Positions 1 through 14,065 of a stretch of 64,000 bases of DNA are shown here, piece after piece. Position 1 is the first letter of the stretch. Every line of letters starts with the position of its first letter. The stretch comes from the human T2T-CHM13v2.0 reference genome, Homo sapiens: assembly GCF_009914755.1 (NCBI RefSeq), contig NC_060929.1, one strand, 5' to 3'. The notes under the pieces were generated by a model that saw only the letters and a list, made by a program, of their open reading frames with translations, ran no database searches and had not been told where the DNA came from. Made by a program: the position numbers and the translations under genes.

Positions 1-472
<472 letters not shown>

Positions 473-2728
473 TGTATTAGTCTGTTTTCATGCTGATAAT
501 AAAGACATACCAAAGACTGGGTAATTTATAAAGAAAAGAGGTTTAATGGACTCACAGTTCAACCTGGTTGGGAGGCCTCACGATCATGGTGGAAGGCAAA
601 GGAGAAACAAAATCACATCTTACATGGTGGCAGGCAGGAGAGCTTGTGCAGGGGAACTCCCATTTATAAAACTATTAGATCTCATGAGACTTATTCACTA
701 TGATGAGAACAGTATGGGGAATCATGCCCCCATGATTCAATTATCTCTACCTGGCCCTGCCCTTTACAGATGAGGATTATTAAAATTCAATCAAATTAAA
801 ATTCAAGGTGAGATTTGGGTGGGATCACAGAGCCAACCCTATTATTCTGCCCTTGGTACCTCACAAATCTAATGTCCTCACATTTAAAAACACAATCATG
901 CCCTTCCAACAGTCCCCCAGAGTCTTAATTCATTCCAGCATTAACCCAAAAGTCCAAGTCCAAAGTCTCATCTGAGACAAGCCAAGTTTCTTTTGCTTAT
1001 GAGCCTGTAAAATCAAAGGTAAGTTAGTTACTTCCAAGATACAATGAGGGTACAGGTATTGGATAAATACACCTATTCCAAATTGGAGAAATTCGCCAAA
1101 GAAAAGCCACTACAGGTCCCATGCAAGTCTGAAATCCAATGGGGCAGTCATTAAAACTTTAAAGTTATTTGACTTCATGTCTCACATCCAGGTCATGCTG
1201 ATGCAAGAGATGGGCTCCCATGGACTTGGGCAGCTCTGCCCTTGTGGCTTTTCATGGTACAGCTCCTCTCCTGGCTTCTTTCACAGGCTGGTGATGAGTG
1301 TTTGTGGCTTTTCCAGTGCATAGTGCAAACTGTCAGTGGATCTACTGTTCTGAGGTCTAGAGGACAGTGGCCCTCTTCTCACAGCTCCAGTAGGCAGTGC
1401 CCCTTTGGGGACTCTGTATGGGGGCTTCAACCCCACATTTACTTTCTACACTGCCCTAGCAAAGGTTTTCCATGAGGGCTCAGACTTGTAGCAAACCTCT
1501 GCCTGGATATCCAGGCTTTCCATCCATTCTGTGTAGTCTAGGTGGAAGTTTTCAAACCTCAATTATTGACTTCTCTTCACCCACAGATACACCACCACAT
1601 GTAAGCCACCAAGGCTTGGGGTTTGCACCCTCTGAAGCAATGGTCTGAGCTGGACATTGGCCCCTTTTATTCACAACTGAAGCTGAAGCAGCTGGGATGC
1701 AGGGCACCGTGTCCTGAGGCTGCATAGAGCAGGGAAGCCATGGACCCAACCCATGAAACCATGTTTCCCTCCTAGGCCTCCAGGCCTGTGATGGGAAGGG
1801 GTGCAGTGAAGTTCTTTGACATACCTTGGAGGCATTTTCCCTGTTGTCATGGTGATTAACATTTGGCTCCTTGTTACTTATGCAAGTTTTTGCAGCCAGC
1901 TTGAATTTCTCCCCCCAAAATGGATTTTTTTTTTCTATCACATCATCAGGCTGCAAAATGTCCACAATTTTATACTCTGCTTCCTCTTGAATGACTTGCC
2001 ACTTAAAAATTTCTTCTCTAGATACCTAAATCATTTCTCTCAAGTTCAAAGTTCCACAGATCTCTAGGGCAGGGGCAAAATGCCACCAGTCTCTTTACAT
2101 AGTAAGAATGACCTTAACTCCAGTTCCTAGCAAGTTCCTCATCTCCATCTGAGACCACCTCTGCCTGGACTTTATTGTCCATATCACTAACACCATTTTG
2201 GTCAAAGCCATTCAACAAGTCTCTGGGAAGTGCCAAACTTTCCCAAATTTTCTTATCTCCTTCTGAGCCCTCCAAACTGGTCCAACCACTTCCTGTTACT
2301 CAGTTCCAAAGTTACTTCCACATTTTTGGATATCTTTACAGCAGCACCTCACTCCCAGTACCAATTTGCTATATTATTCTGTTTTTAGGCTGCTAATAAA
2401 AATGTGCCTGAGACTGGGTAGTTTATAAAGGAAAGAGACTTAATTGACTCACAGCTCCACATGACTGGGGAGGCCTCACAACCATGGCAGAAGACAAAGG
2501 AAGAGGAAAGGGACATCTTACATGGCAGGCAAGGGAGTGTGTGCAAGGGAACTACCCTTTATAAAACCATCAGATATCATGAGACTTTTCACTGTCACAG
2601 GAACAGCATGAGAAAGACCCACCCCATGATTCAATTACCTCCTGCTGGGTCCCTCCCACACTACGTTAGAATTATGGGAGCTATAACTCAAGATGAAATT
2701 TGAGTGGGGACACAGCCAAACCATATCA
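473..2728 (-). mobile_element. Full-length THE1 (THE1C-like) MaLR: LTR 473-844, internal 845-2369, LTR 2370-2728
   Basis: tgtattagtc...ccatatca termini, THE1-int sequence, 5-bp TSD gatat/gacat. Confidence 0.92.
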
Positions 2729-5030
2729 GACATACGTCTTCTATTTTGTTATTCATTTTCCATATGTCTTGTTTTGTTTTTGTTCTCCTATTTCTCCACT
2801 AGTGCCATATTTGTGTTAAATATATTTTCTAGTATGCTATTTTAATTCCCTTGTTGTTTTCATAATAATTTGTGAGGTATTTTCTTAGTGGATGTCCTGA
2901 GGATTATAACTAACATCTTAAATGAAAACTTCAAATCTATTTCGGATTAATACAAACTGGTTTGCAATAATATACAAAATTTCTGCCCTAATGTAGCTTA
3001 GATAACTCCCCTCTCCTTAGTGCTAAAATTGCCACACAACTCATGTCTTTATATATTATAGGTCCATCAATACAGTTTAATAATTACTACCTTATTAGAT
3101 TGTCTTTTAAATTAGATAGTAAAAGAGTTACAAATTTAGAAAAACTTTTATACTGCCTTGTATATTCACCTGTATAGTTAACTTTATCAATGCTCTTTGT
3201 GTGGAATCAAGTTGCTTTCAGATGTCTTTTTTTCAGTTGAATGCATCCTTTATTAATTTTTGTAGAATAGGTCTATGTGAAATAAATTCTTTCTGCTTTT
3301 GTTTTTCTTGGAATGTCCTAACTACCCTTTATTAAGATAGATTTGCAGTTTATAGATTCTAGTTTAACAAACTTTTTCTTTTAGCTCTTCAGATGTGTTG
3401 TCTCACTGTCTTCTGGATTCCATAGTTGCTGATAAAAATCAACTGTTAGTGTTAATGAGGACTCTGAATGCATGATGAGTATCTTTTCTTTTGCTGCTTT
3501 GAAGCTTTGTCTTTGGTTCCCAACAGTTTGACTATGATGTGTCTAGGTTTGAATTTCTGAGTTTCTCCTACCTGATGCTTATTAAGCTTCTAAGATGTTG
3601 AGATTAATGTATTTCATCAAGTTGGAGAAGTTTTCATCATTATTGCTTTACGTATTCTTTTTGCCAATTTTATTTTGTTTTATCCATAATGAGAATCCCA
3701 TTATGCATATATTCATATGCATAATGTTTTTTCACAGGTCTCTGAGGTTTTGTCCATTTTTCTTCTTCTATTTCTTATATTGAATAATTTCACTTGATCT
3801 AAGTTTGCTAATTCTTTCTACTGCCACTTTGAATGTGTTGTTAAACATGCTTCAGTTTTTGTTATTTTCAGATTTTTTATTTGAGCTTTTGTACATTTGA
3901 GCCCCAGAATATTTATTTTTAAAAGTAATTTCTATTTATTGATATTTTCTATTTGATGAGACATTGTTCTTATACTTTTCTTTAATTCTTTAGTCATGAT
4001 AACATTTAGTTCTTTGAACATATTTACAACAGCTGATTTAAACTCCTTGTCTAGTAAGTCTAACATCTGTATTTCTTATAGACTGTTTCCATTGACTTTT
4101 TTTCTGTGTATGGGCCATACATATCTGTTTCTTTAAGTGTCATAATTTCTTATTTTGAACTGTATATTTTACATAATATAATGTGTCAACTCTGGAAATA
4201 AGATATCTCTCTCCCCAAAGCTTACTTTTGCTGCTTGTTTAATAACTTTCTGGGACACATGCTGTAAAATCTATATTCTTTGTTTTGTGCAGCTACTGAA
4301 TTTTATGATTGGTTATCTTAGCTTACAGAAATTTTCTTACGTCCTTTGAACAAATATGTCTACCATTCTATTCTGAAGTCCTTTGTGTGTTACGGAATGC
4401 TTTAAAAACTACATTGGGACAGTTTATATCTCTACTTTATCTTTCTCTTCTTTCTTACACAGCACAGCAAGGTTATTCAAAAGTAAAACATTTTGGCTTT
4501 CCCAGATCTTTCTTGGGTATGCCAGAGTATCGCACATGTGTGTGGCATTCTAGACTCCCAGGCATATATTAGTGGCATTCAAAGTCTGCTGTAGACAGAT
4601 TATTTATGTTTTTAGTTACTCTAACTTTTTTGGTAAGCCTCTTGTTACCAACAATTGGTAATGCCACCTCAGGCAACCACCATGTTAAATAACAATTGCT
4701 GATTGGTTTCGGCAAACAGCCTAGGGATATTGTTGTACATGCAAAACAAGCTCCAATTAGGGTCAAAAAAAGATAAGACTTGAGAAATGAAGTTTTCAGA
4801 AATCTTCTGAAAGGCAAATAATAATAATTTTATGAAGATGAAGCTCTTTGTGATACAGAAGTTGTCCCTTTCAGCACCTGATAGGCTGCTGATTTTCAGA
4901 GCTACAATAGTTATGAAGCTATAGGGATACCACATAGCTCCAGAAAGAGGAATCAGACTAGGGCGAGTTAATGCTACAAAGCTAACTGTTCTTATTAAGA
5001 TTTAGGTGGTTTTTTTGTTTGTTTTTCATA
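2729..5030 (-). mobile_element. Old L1M (ORF2 start/ORF1/5'UTR), degraded
   Basis: Antisense L1M ORF1-type motifs (ctcactgtcttctggattccatagttgctgataaaa; cacaggtctctgaggttttgtccatt). Confidence 0.75.
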
Positions 5031-5042
5031 AGTATTCTTTCT

Positions 5043-5525
5043 AAGTATCATGCCCACAACCTGGGTGAGAGGATCTGCACGCAAAAATTCAGCATAACTG
5101 ACATGGTTTGGCTTTGTGCCCTCACTCAACTCTCATCTTACATTGTAATCCCATAATCCCCACATGTTGTGGGAGAGACCTGGTGAGAGGTAATTGAATC
5201 ATGGGGGCAGTTTCCCCCTATACTGTTCTCATGATAGTGGGCGAATTCTCATGAAATCTGATGGTTTTATAAGGGGCTTCCCCCTTCACTCATCACTGAT
5301 TCTCTCTCCTGCCACTCTGTGAAGAGGTGCCTTCTGCCATGATTATAAGTTTCCTGATACCTCCCCAGCCATGCTGAACTGTGAGTCAACTAACCTCTTT
5401 CCTTTATAAATTACCCAGTCTTGGGTGTGTCTTTATTAGCAGCATGAGAATGGACTAATACAATAACACACTATACCCATGTAACAAAACTACACATGTA
5501 CCCTCATATCTAAAATAAAAGTTGG
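5043..5525 (+). mobile_element. Short L1PB3/4-like 3' end, split by a THE1D LTR
   Basis: acctgggtga...cagcat[LTR]acactatacccatgtaacaaa...tctaaaataaaagttg resembles the L1PB 3' terminus. Confidence 0.7.
5099..5462 (+). mobile_element. Solo THE1 LTR (THE1D-like)
   Basis: tgacatggtttggc...ggactaataca with perfect 5-bp TSD ATAAC (5094-5098, 5463-5467). Confidence 0.93.
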
Positions 5526-5529
5526 GATG

Positions 5530-7813
5530 ATGGGGAGCAAGATGGCTGAATGGAAGTCTATACTGATCATCCACCCCAAAGGAAGACCAAATTGAACACT
5601 CATCAACCCAAAAAGCACCTTCATGAGAACCAAAAATCAGCTTGGGTACCAGCTTGGCCACAGTGGGGGAGAGCACCAAGGAGGTTTTTAGGGTCCCCAA
5701 TTCAAGGCCTTTGCTCTTAGATGACATTTCTGTACCTGACCAGGGCCAGATGGGAGCCCAATTACCCAGAGGGAGACTCTTAGGCCTCCTGACATTTACT
5801 GCAAACTGACTGAAGAGCTTTTGGTCCTTCAGTGAACATCAGCAGTAGCCAAGCAGTAATTGCTGTGGACCTGGGGTTGTGGTGGCCATGAGGAGAGACT
5901 CCTCTGATTGTGGAAAGGGGAAGAAAGAGTGGGAAGGACTTTGTCTATGGCATGGGTGCCAGCTCAGCCACAGTAGAATAGAGCACCAGGTAGATTCCTA
6001 AGGTTTCTGACTCTAGGCCCTAGCTCACATATGGGGACAGGGGTATCTTTCCTGAAGGGAAAGACACAAGCCTGGCTGGTTTTGCCATCTGCTAATTATA
6101 GAGCACTAGGGCTCTGAGCAAACATAGGCGATAGCCAGGCAGTGCCTACTGCAGGCCTTGCATGAGAACCAGTGCTGTGCTTGCTTCAGGTCTGACCCAG
6201 CAGAGTTATAGTGATAGTGGCCTCAGGGGTGCTTGTGTCACCACTCTCCCAGCTCCAGGAAGCTTAGCACAGAGAGCAAAATTCTGTTTTCTCAGGAGAA
6301 ACTGAAAGAAAAGAACAAGAGTCTTCATCTGGTAATCTAGAGAATTCTCCCAGATCTTATTCAAAACCACCAAAGTGGTAACTCTATGAATCTAAAAGAA
6401 CCACAACATTATTGGGCTCAGAGTCCCCCCTAATGCAGATATGTCTGTAGTGACCAAAACTTAAATCATAACACCTAAGTCGCTTCAAATACTTGGAAAG
6501 TCTTCCCAAAAAGGATGTGTACAAATAAGCCTAAACTGCAAAGACAATAAATGCCTAACTCTTCAATGCCCAGGCACCAAGAAACATCCACAAGCATTAA
6601 GACCATTCAGGAAAACTTGACCTCACCAAACAAACCAAATAAGGAACCAGTGAACAATGCTGGAGAGACATAGACATGCGACCTTTCAGACTGAATTCAA
6701 AATGGAAACTCAACGAAATTCAAGATAACACAGAGAAGGAATTTAGAAGCATATTCGATACATTTAATAAAAATATTGAAATAATTAAAAGGAATCAAGC
6801 AGGAATTCTGGAAGTAAAATATGCAACTGACATACTAAAGAAGGCAGTTCTTACCAGCAGAATCTATGAGGAGCTTAAAGAAATAATCAAGTAGAAAGCA
6901 AATAACCCTAATAAAAAAGTAGGGAAAAGACATGAACAGACACTTCTCAAAATAAGACATACAAGCAGCCAACAAACATAGAAAAAGCTCCACATAACTT
7001 ATCATAAAAGAGATACATCAAAACCACAATGAGATATCATTTCACACCAGTCAAAATAACTATTATTAATAAATCAAAGAACAACAGATGTTGGTGAGAC
7101 TATAGAGAAAAGGAAATACTTATACATTGTTGGTGGGAACATAAATTAGTTCAGATATTGTGGAAAGCAGTTTGGAGATTTCTCAAAGATCTTAGAACTC
7201 ATTCAGCCCAACAATCCTATTACTGCTTACTTATCAAAAGAAAACAAATTGTTCTACCAAAAAGACACATGGACTCATATTTTCATTGTAGCACTATTCA
7301 TAATAGCAAAGAAATAGAATCAACCTAGGTGCCCATCAATGGTGGATTGGATAGAGAAAATGTGGCACATAGACACCATGGAATACTACACAGCCATAAA
7401 GGAGAATGAAATTATGTCCTTTGCAGCAACGTGGATGCAGCTGAAGGTCATTACTCCAAGTGAATTAATGCAGAAACACAAACACTGAATACATCATGTT
7501 CTTACTTACAAGTGAGAGCTATACATTGGGTACTCATGGACATAAAGATGGAAACAATAGACCCTGGCTACTACCAGAGGGGGAAGGAAGGGAGAGGGGG
7601 CAAGGGCTAAAAATCTAAATAGGCCCTGGAGACTACTGGAGGGGGAAGGGAGGGAGGGGGTCAAGGGCTAAAAATCTAAATGTTGGGTACCTTGCTCAGT
7701 ACTTGAGTGACTATTTGTATCCCAAACTTCAGCATTACGCAATATACCCAGTTAACAAATCTTCACATGTATTTGCGGAATCTAAGATAGAAGTTGAGAA
7801 AAAAAAACAAAAA
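5530..7813 (+). mobile_element. L1 (L1M1/L1MA-type 5'UTR and ORF1 start joined to an L1PB-like ORF2 end, 3'UTR and A-tail); internally deleted or composite
   Basis: gagcaagatggc 5' start; ORF1 remnant (KLNEIQDNTEKEFR); abrupt switch near 6860 to the ORF2 C-terminus; A-rich tail near 7800. Confidence 0.85.
7557..7681. repeat. Tandem duplication of ~62 bp in the L1 3'UTR G-rich tract
   Basis: Two copies of ccctgg..ctac..gagggggaagg..caagggctaaaaatctaaat. Confidence 0.85.
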
Positions 7814-8071
7814 CGAGTTTCTGTAACTCATTGAGCAGTTGGGTCTTCATTCTTTCATTCTCAAGACTCCTTTATATACATGTTAGATAAATGTGTATGT
7901 CTTTTCTCCAAAAAAGAGAAAATAACTTCAAAAATAGCATATTACTGGTACATTTCTGCATTACATCCTGTATAATTCATTGTTAGATATGAATTGCATA
8001 TATGTGTATTCATATAAAATATTTAAACCATAAGAGTGTTTTAGGAACATGCTAAATACTTGCAAATATTT

Positions 8072-8485
8072 TTTTCAATAGGTTATTGGGGTACAGGTAG
8101 TGTTTGGTTACATCAGTAAGTTCTTTAGTGGTGATTTGTGAGATTTTGGTGCACCCATCACCGGAGCAGTATACACTGCACTCTATGTGTAGTCTTTTAT
8201 CCCTCATCCCCTCCCATTCTTACCCCCATGTCCCCAGAGTCCGTCATCTCATTCTTATGCATTTGTGTCTGCATAGCTTAGCTCCCACATATCAGTGAGA
8301 ACATAAAATGTTTGGTTTTTCATTCCTGAGTTACTTCACTTAGAATAATAGTCTCCAATCTTATACAGGTCACTGCAAATGCCTTTAATTTGTTCCTTTT
8401 TAGGGCTGAGTAGTATTCCATCTATATACCACAGTTTTTTATCCTCTTATTGATTGATGGGCATTTAAGTTGGTTCCATGATTTT
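8072..8485 (-). mobile_element. 5'-truncated L1PB1-like 3' end
   Basis: gttctttagtggtgatttgtgagattttggtgcacccatcacc motif; 16-bp TSD atacttgcaaatattt (8056-8071, 8486-8501). Confidence 0.9.
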
Positions 8486-8810
8486 ATACTTGCAAATATT
8501 TGAGTCCTTTTTTCCTCCAAGTGCTTCTTGGGTATAAAAACCATTTTCCCCCCATAGATGTGAATCAAAATTTATTTTCTCCATATATATTTGTTTAGTT
8601 GTGCAGATTATCTGAGTTTACATTATTCAATTGATGATAAAATTATTCATTTGTGTAACAATGAAAGATAGGTTATTAATATGACAACAAATATAAATGG
8701 TATTTGTAATTGTTATTGTACGAAGTCCAAGTGTCTGAAATTTCCATGGACTTTAATAAGTTTTATCTTTCATTGTTGTAGATACAATTGACATCCTAAC
8801 ATATAAATGT

Positions 8811-8930
8811 CAAGGCTGCCATGTTACACAACTCGATGGTGGTTGGAGACACCATTTAAACTATAGTAAATGTGAATGCCATCATAAATTGTGCAGCAAA
8901 CAACCAATGTAATGATACGGTATGGGATGA
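8811..8930. mobile_element. MER91-like hAT DNA transposon relic
   Basis: ggctgccatgttacacaactc...accatt...atgtgaatg...ttgtgcagcaaacaacc resembles MER91. Confidence 0.5.
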
Positions 8931-10649
8931 TATCATACAATTCCAACTTAGCACATTTGTATCCATAATGTCCTCAAGTTGGTTCAAATTTTGCTTTTAA
9001 TTTTAGTTGCCCTGGGTTATGAATTGAATACAACTTATGGAATAATTTCCGTTTTCATTTCTGGCTGTAGTCGAGAGTGTCATTTTTTTATTATGAAAAA
9101 GACTTTGAGCTTGTTATAATTTATATGCCTTCTACTTCTTTTAAAAAGTGTTGGTAAGAATTTGAAACATGACTTAGAAGAAAATTAGAATGCCTTGGAT
9201 ATAAATAATAAAAATGCATAGCTTCGCTGTTTTATTACTAGCTTCCTATCTGCAAGGACCCAAATTTGAAAGTAAATAAATGAAAAGTGAGTTCAAAAGG
9301 AAAAAAAAAAGTTAAAATAATTACATATGTGTGTGAATGTTGTTTTAGAGGAAAATGTAATAGCATATATTACTTCAAATTTAAATTGGTCCTTAGATAG
9401 CAACACATGGCAAAATTTATCGTACTCTCATATAAGCAGTACTTAAAATAATAATTTGTGCCTTAGAGACAGAAATGGTTTTATACCATTCTCCACCACC
9501 TCCTACGTATAACATCCATTTGTGCACATCCTCCAAAGACGTGTGACAGATGGGGAGGTAAAAATTGATTAATGGTGGTAATAAAATAAATGGAAGGCAA
9601 TACTTCCTTGGGTTACCCTGTCATCCTTTATGACCCCAGGATGTGAAAGTCATACTCACTGTGTCTGTTTGCATTCATAATCTCCTAGATATAATATTGT
9701 AAGTCTCCCTTGCTAAGGTGTAAATTTGTGTAATGTGTGTGTGTGTTTGTGGTAGAGAGAGAAGTAGAGAAACTGAGACACAGAATAGGATAATATTCTA
9801 TTATATATACATAAATGGCATTCTATTATAGATAATATATTTTTATACAATTCTTTTCCTTGTAAGAAAAGTCTTTTACCTAAATCTTTTAGTTTGCCTT
9901 GAGATTTCACTTATAAAATCTAATTATTACTTTTTGAATAATTCTTTCCAAGTATATAAAGCATATTTGACCATACTATCATGTTTATACAGCCAGATGG
10001 CTCATAAATAAATCATTATAGGATTCCAGATCCTGGGTTCTTAAGTATTAGGTTATTTCATTCACCCTGCATTTTAACTGCTTGGATTAGAATAAGACAA
10101 TGGGCTTCATTATCAATGACTCTGACAAGATAAACTCTTGTAATGTTAATGAACATTTAAAATTAAAAATATTCTTTAAAAGTAACACAATTTACTGGAT
10201 ACATTATTATGCACATTACTCTTTAAAAGATTTTATGCATTATATAAAAACAAAGACATTAAAATAACTTCAATATATTTCAGAAAAATATGTGGATAAT
10301 TTTCTTATATGAATCTATTTATAATCTTTCTCTCCATTTCATTTTTATTACCTCCTATTTCTATGACCTTCATAATTGAAGACTTATACAAAGTGAAATG
10401 TAGAAAGACTCTTTAAATAATCTATTTTTTCATCATTTTCCCATTATAATGTATATTTTTCCAAGCAATACTATATAGCCAATTTCTATGGACCCCTTTA
10501 GAAAACGTTTTGTTTATACAAAGACTCTTGTATACAGCAGGTAGAATAATGTATGTTCAATACAAATTGTATGTTCTGCCAAACTTGTTTATAACTACTT
10601 AAATTCACGTGGTGATTTTTTTCTGAACTTGAAGGGACTTTTCCCACAT

Positions 10650-10860
10650 TAGTGGAGCAGAAATAAACTTTAAGAATAAACAGGTTTGGGTTCAAATTCT
10701 GTCTCTACTATTATTTTTGGTCTGTGACTTTAAGCAAATTAATATTCTCTTTAACTTGTGCTTTTTTAAATGTAAAATGGCATAATATAATCTACATTCT
10801 TGCATTGAGTGTTAAACAAGAACATACATAAAGCTGACATTGTACCTATTGCATAATAAT
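10650..10860 (+). mobile_element. MIR SINE
   Basis: tgggttcaaattctgtctctacta...ctgtgactttaagcaaatt...tgtaaaatgg core. Confidence 0.75.
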
Positions 10861-11339
10861 AAATATTAAAACACTCCCTACTTTCTCTATAAAGTAGGAG
10901 TTTAGAACTTCACTTACAGACTTTTGTCTGATAAATATGATTATGTATTTAAAGCAATTAAAATTCTGTGCTAAATAAATGATACTTATTCTGCTCTTCC
11001 CTTTGTATTTTCTGGGTAAAACCTCTGTCATCCTTAAAAACTCAGTTGTTTTCTTTTCAAAACTCTTCCTGGGCCAACACCCAGGGCTAAAGCAGAGTTA
11101 CACACTTCTTTTTGCACTCTTATGGAAGTTCACATCATTTTCCACTAGAATATTAAGTATATTATATTTCATTTATCCATTCAGATACATATGTAGATTT
11201 CCATTATAAGATTTTATATAATATTTAATTTTACCTTTATTTAATTTTCTCAAGGGTAGTATTAGTTCTTGAGCAGTTTAAAGCCCACTTTTCTTTTCTC
11301 TTTCAAAGATGGATATTGTAACAAATTTTTTTTCTCCTA

Positions 11340-11724
<385 letters not shown>

Positions 11725-12079
11725 CTATAAAATATATCAAATTATACAACAATGTAAATTCTCTTTATTAGAATTATAGGGAGATTTCCAGCTTCTGAAA
11801 TATAGACATGATGAAACTTGTATTCTAGTATATAAGAGTGTATATTAATCAAACAAACACATGTGTGAAAGGTGAGTACCACAGAGTAAAGGTATATGAT
11901 AGCTTTATAAGTGGGTCACAGTGTTTCACAGCTTTTGGAAGAAGTGAGGAATGTACTAAGTTTGAGACATTAGTAGTACTTTATGAGGAGAAATGGAAGA
12001 AATGTGATTTTCCAGGAAGACATAATGGTACAAAAGTTTGCAGTGGGGAAATAGATAACTAATACAGGTTGTTGCTAAT

Positions 12080-13626
12080 ATCTGCTACTCCAGTGAGTGG
12101 GATGTGTTACTGACTTTATTTACTCTCTTTCTCAGAGTGTGGGGCTTTAATTTAGCTTTTTTCTAATAAGAAACTCATACCCTACTGGCCATAAGCCAAT
12201 ATGGGAATTCTGCCAACTCCCCAGTAAACCCATTCCAACAATCCATTGGCAGTGAGAGAAGTGACCACTGACTTTACCCATCAGCCCAGTAGACCACACT
12301 GAGCTGGATTTGCATTAAGACTTTATTAATTACTTGTTCACTCTAACAGGGAGTTCATGGTGACACTTTAGATCCAAGAGAATCTATAGCAACTCAAGAA
12401 CATGTCCAATAGTCCTTAAAATATCTGAATATTTTCTTTCCCTTTCTGTACTATTATCCAAGTATGTGACCATAGGTACCTTTGGGAAAAGACTGGGGCA
12501 TTAGTGGCATATGTACTTCTTCGGGAGTTGCAGGATCTTTCTGCCTGGATACATAGCATCTCCCTCACATAATGGATTTTAGGTCTAAAAATTGCTCCAG
12601 ATCCAGAAATTGGGCAAGTGTTTGTAACTTTTTTTTTCAGAAGCAACTTCCATTAGCCTCCTAGTTATCTTTTATCTTCCTGGTTGCTATGGTTGGGGTG
12701 CTCATTTATCTACATTATCTCCCCTGGTCACACCTGTCCTATAGGTGACCACCACACTAAGTTTCCCAGTGGTGCTGGTGCCAACTCACTAGTGAATTCC
12801 TTATTGCTTTGGTAAATAAAATAACCTGTGGCCCATCCTAGGGACTATAGTCACCTAGTAGATTTCCTGGCCTTATATAGAATAAAATCTCTATAATTTG
12901 TACTTCTCTGGATCTTTTGACCCCTGTCTTCTACTGTCTGCCGTAACAACTCAGACACTTATTCTTCATTTGTGTATGTCATCCTTTTATCCAAGCTTCT
13001 CTGATCTGTCCTAATAGCATATTTACTTCATTTCTCAAAGTCCTTGCCAGGAGATTTTATATCCCCGGATAAACTCTCCCTTGAACAATTTTCCACACCT
13101 TCCTGATTTAGCAACCTCTCGATCCAGCCCCCCAAACATTGCCATTCTCCTGCTAGCACATATTGTTTTGATCCTACAGCTCCTTCTGAGTATAGTTGCT
13201 TTTCTCTACAGGTAGGTCCAGTGCTTCCTAATCCTTGGTGTGTCATAACCACAAGGAGAAATGTGTGAGCAGATACTGAGGAGACTCTTGTTTTATTGCA
13301 AGACAAGGTCCTCTGCATCATCCTCAGAGAAGAGGAGCACTCATTATCCTTCAACAGGATGAAATTATGGGATGAGAGATTTTCAAGTACATTAATCCAT
13401 ATGTCATTGTCCCTTGTATCAGGATACAATCTTTTCTGTCCCAGTGTTAACCTCAGCATAGTAGACTTGCCTAATTTGAGAAGGTCTGCTTATTGGAGCT
13501 CTTAGACTAAGTGCTGTTATTTTATCTTTAGCTAGTGGTGATGTCCTCATCACTAACTGAGCAGTGGATAATCCAGCTCCAGTGTCTCATTTTAACATCT
13601 GCTTTCTTGAACCCATCCTGATATAA
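12080..13626 (-). mobile_element. ERVL (HERV16/ERV3-16A3-like) internal gag-pro remnant
   Basis: Minus-strand ORF 13028-13459 contains LGQKRLYPDTRDNDIWIN, resembling ERVL gag LIGKEWDPETWDGDIW; adjoins an LTR16. Confidence 0.7.
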
Positions 13627-14065
13627 ATCCTGGCAGCTCAGGTCCCCTTGAGATGTACCTTAGTGTGCAGAAAACCTACTTAGCAGTATTCTCAGTGTCA
13701 ACACTCCTTGAGGGAAGGGAAGAAAGTAGAGTGTGGCAGAAGGGGAATTTGGACTTTGATGTCATCACAAAAAAAGCTCCAGATTACTCATGGGGAGCTC
13801 TGAAACTAGAATCAATCTCTCTTCAGAGTTCTCTGGAGTTTGGGTGAGGGTAGCACGGTTTTATACCCTCACATTAGCCAGTCATTACATGTGGGTTGCC
13901 TCCTGGATGGGGCATATTAACTTGGACACGAGAGCCCTCTTCAATAGAGGACAAGTCCTGGAGAAGACGACAGTTGAGGACAATCTGCTGCAGCATTCCC
14001 TGGATGTGGGGAATAAGTCATTTAGTCCTGGTGGAGGGCTGGGGATCTGTATGATGTAACCAAGA
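13627..14065 (-). mobile_element. LTR16-family LTR (5' LTR of the ERVL)
   Basis: ggggagctctgaaactag..cttcagagtt..ttataccc..ccagtcatt..tggggaataagtc resembles the LTR16A reverse complement. Confidence 0.75.
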
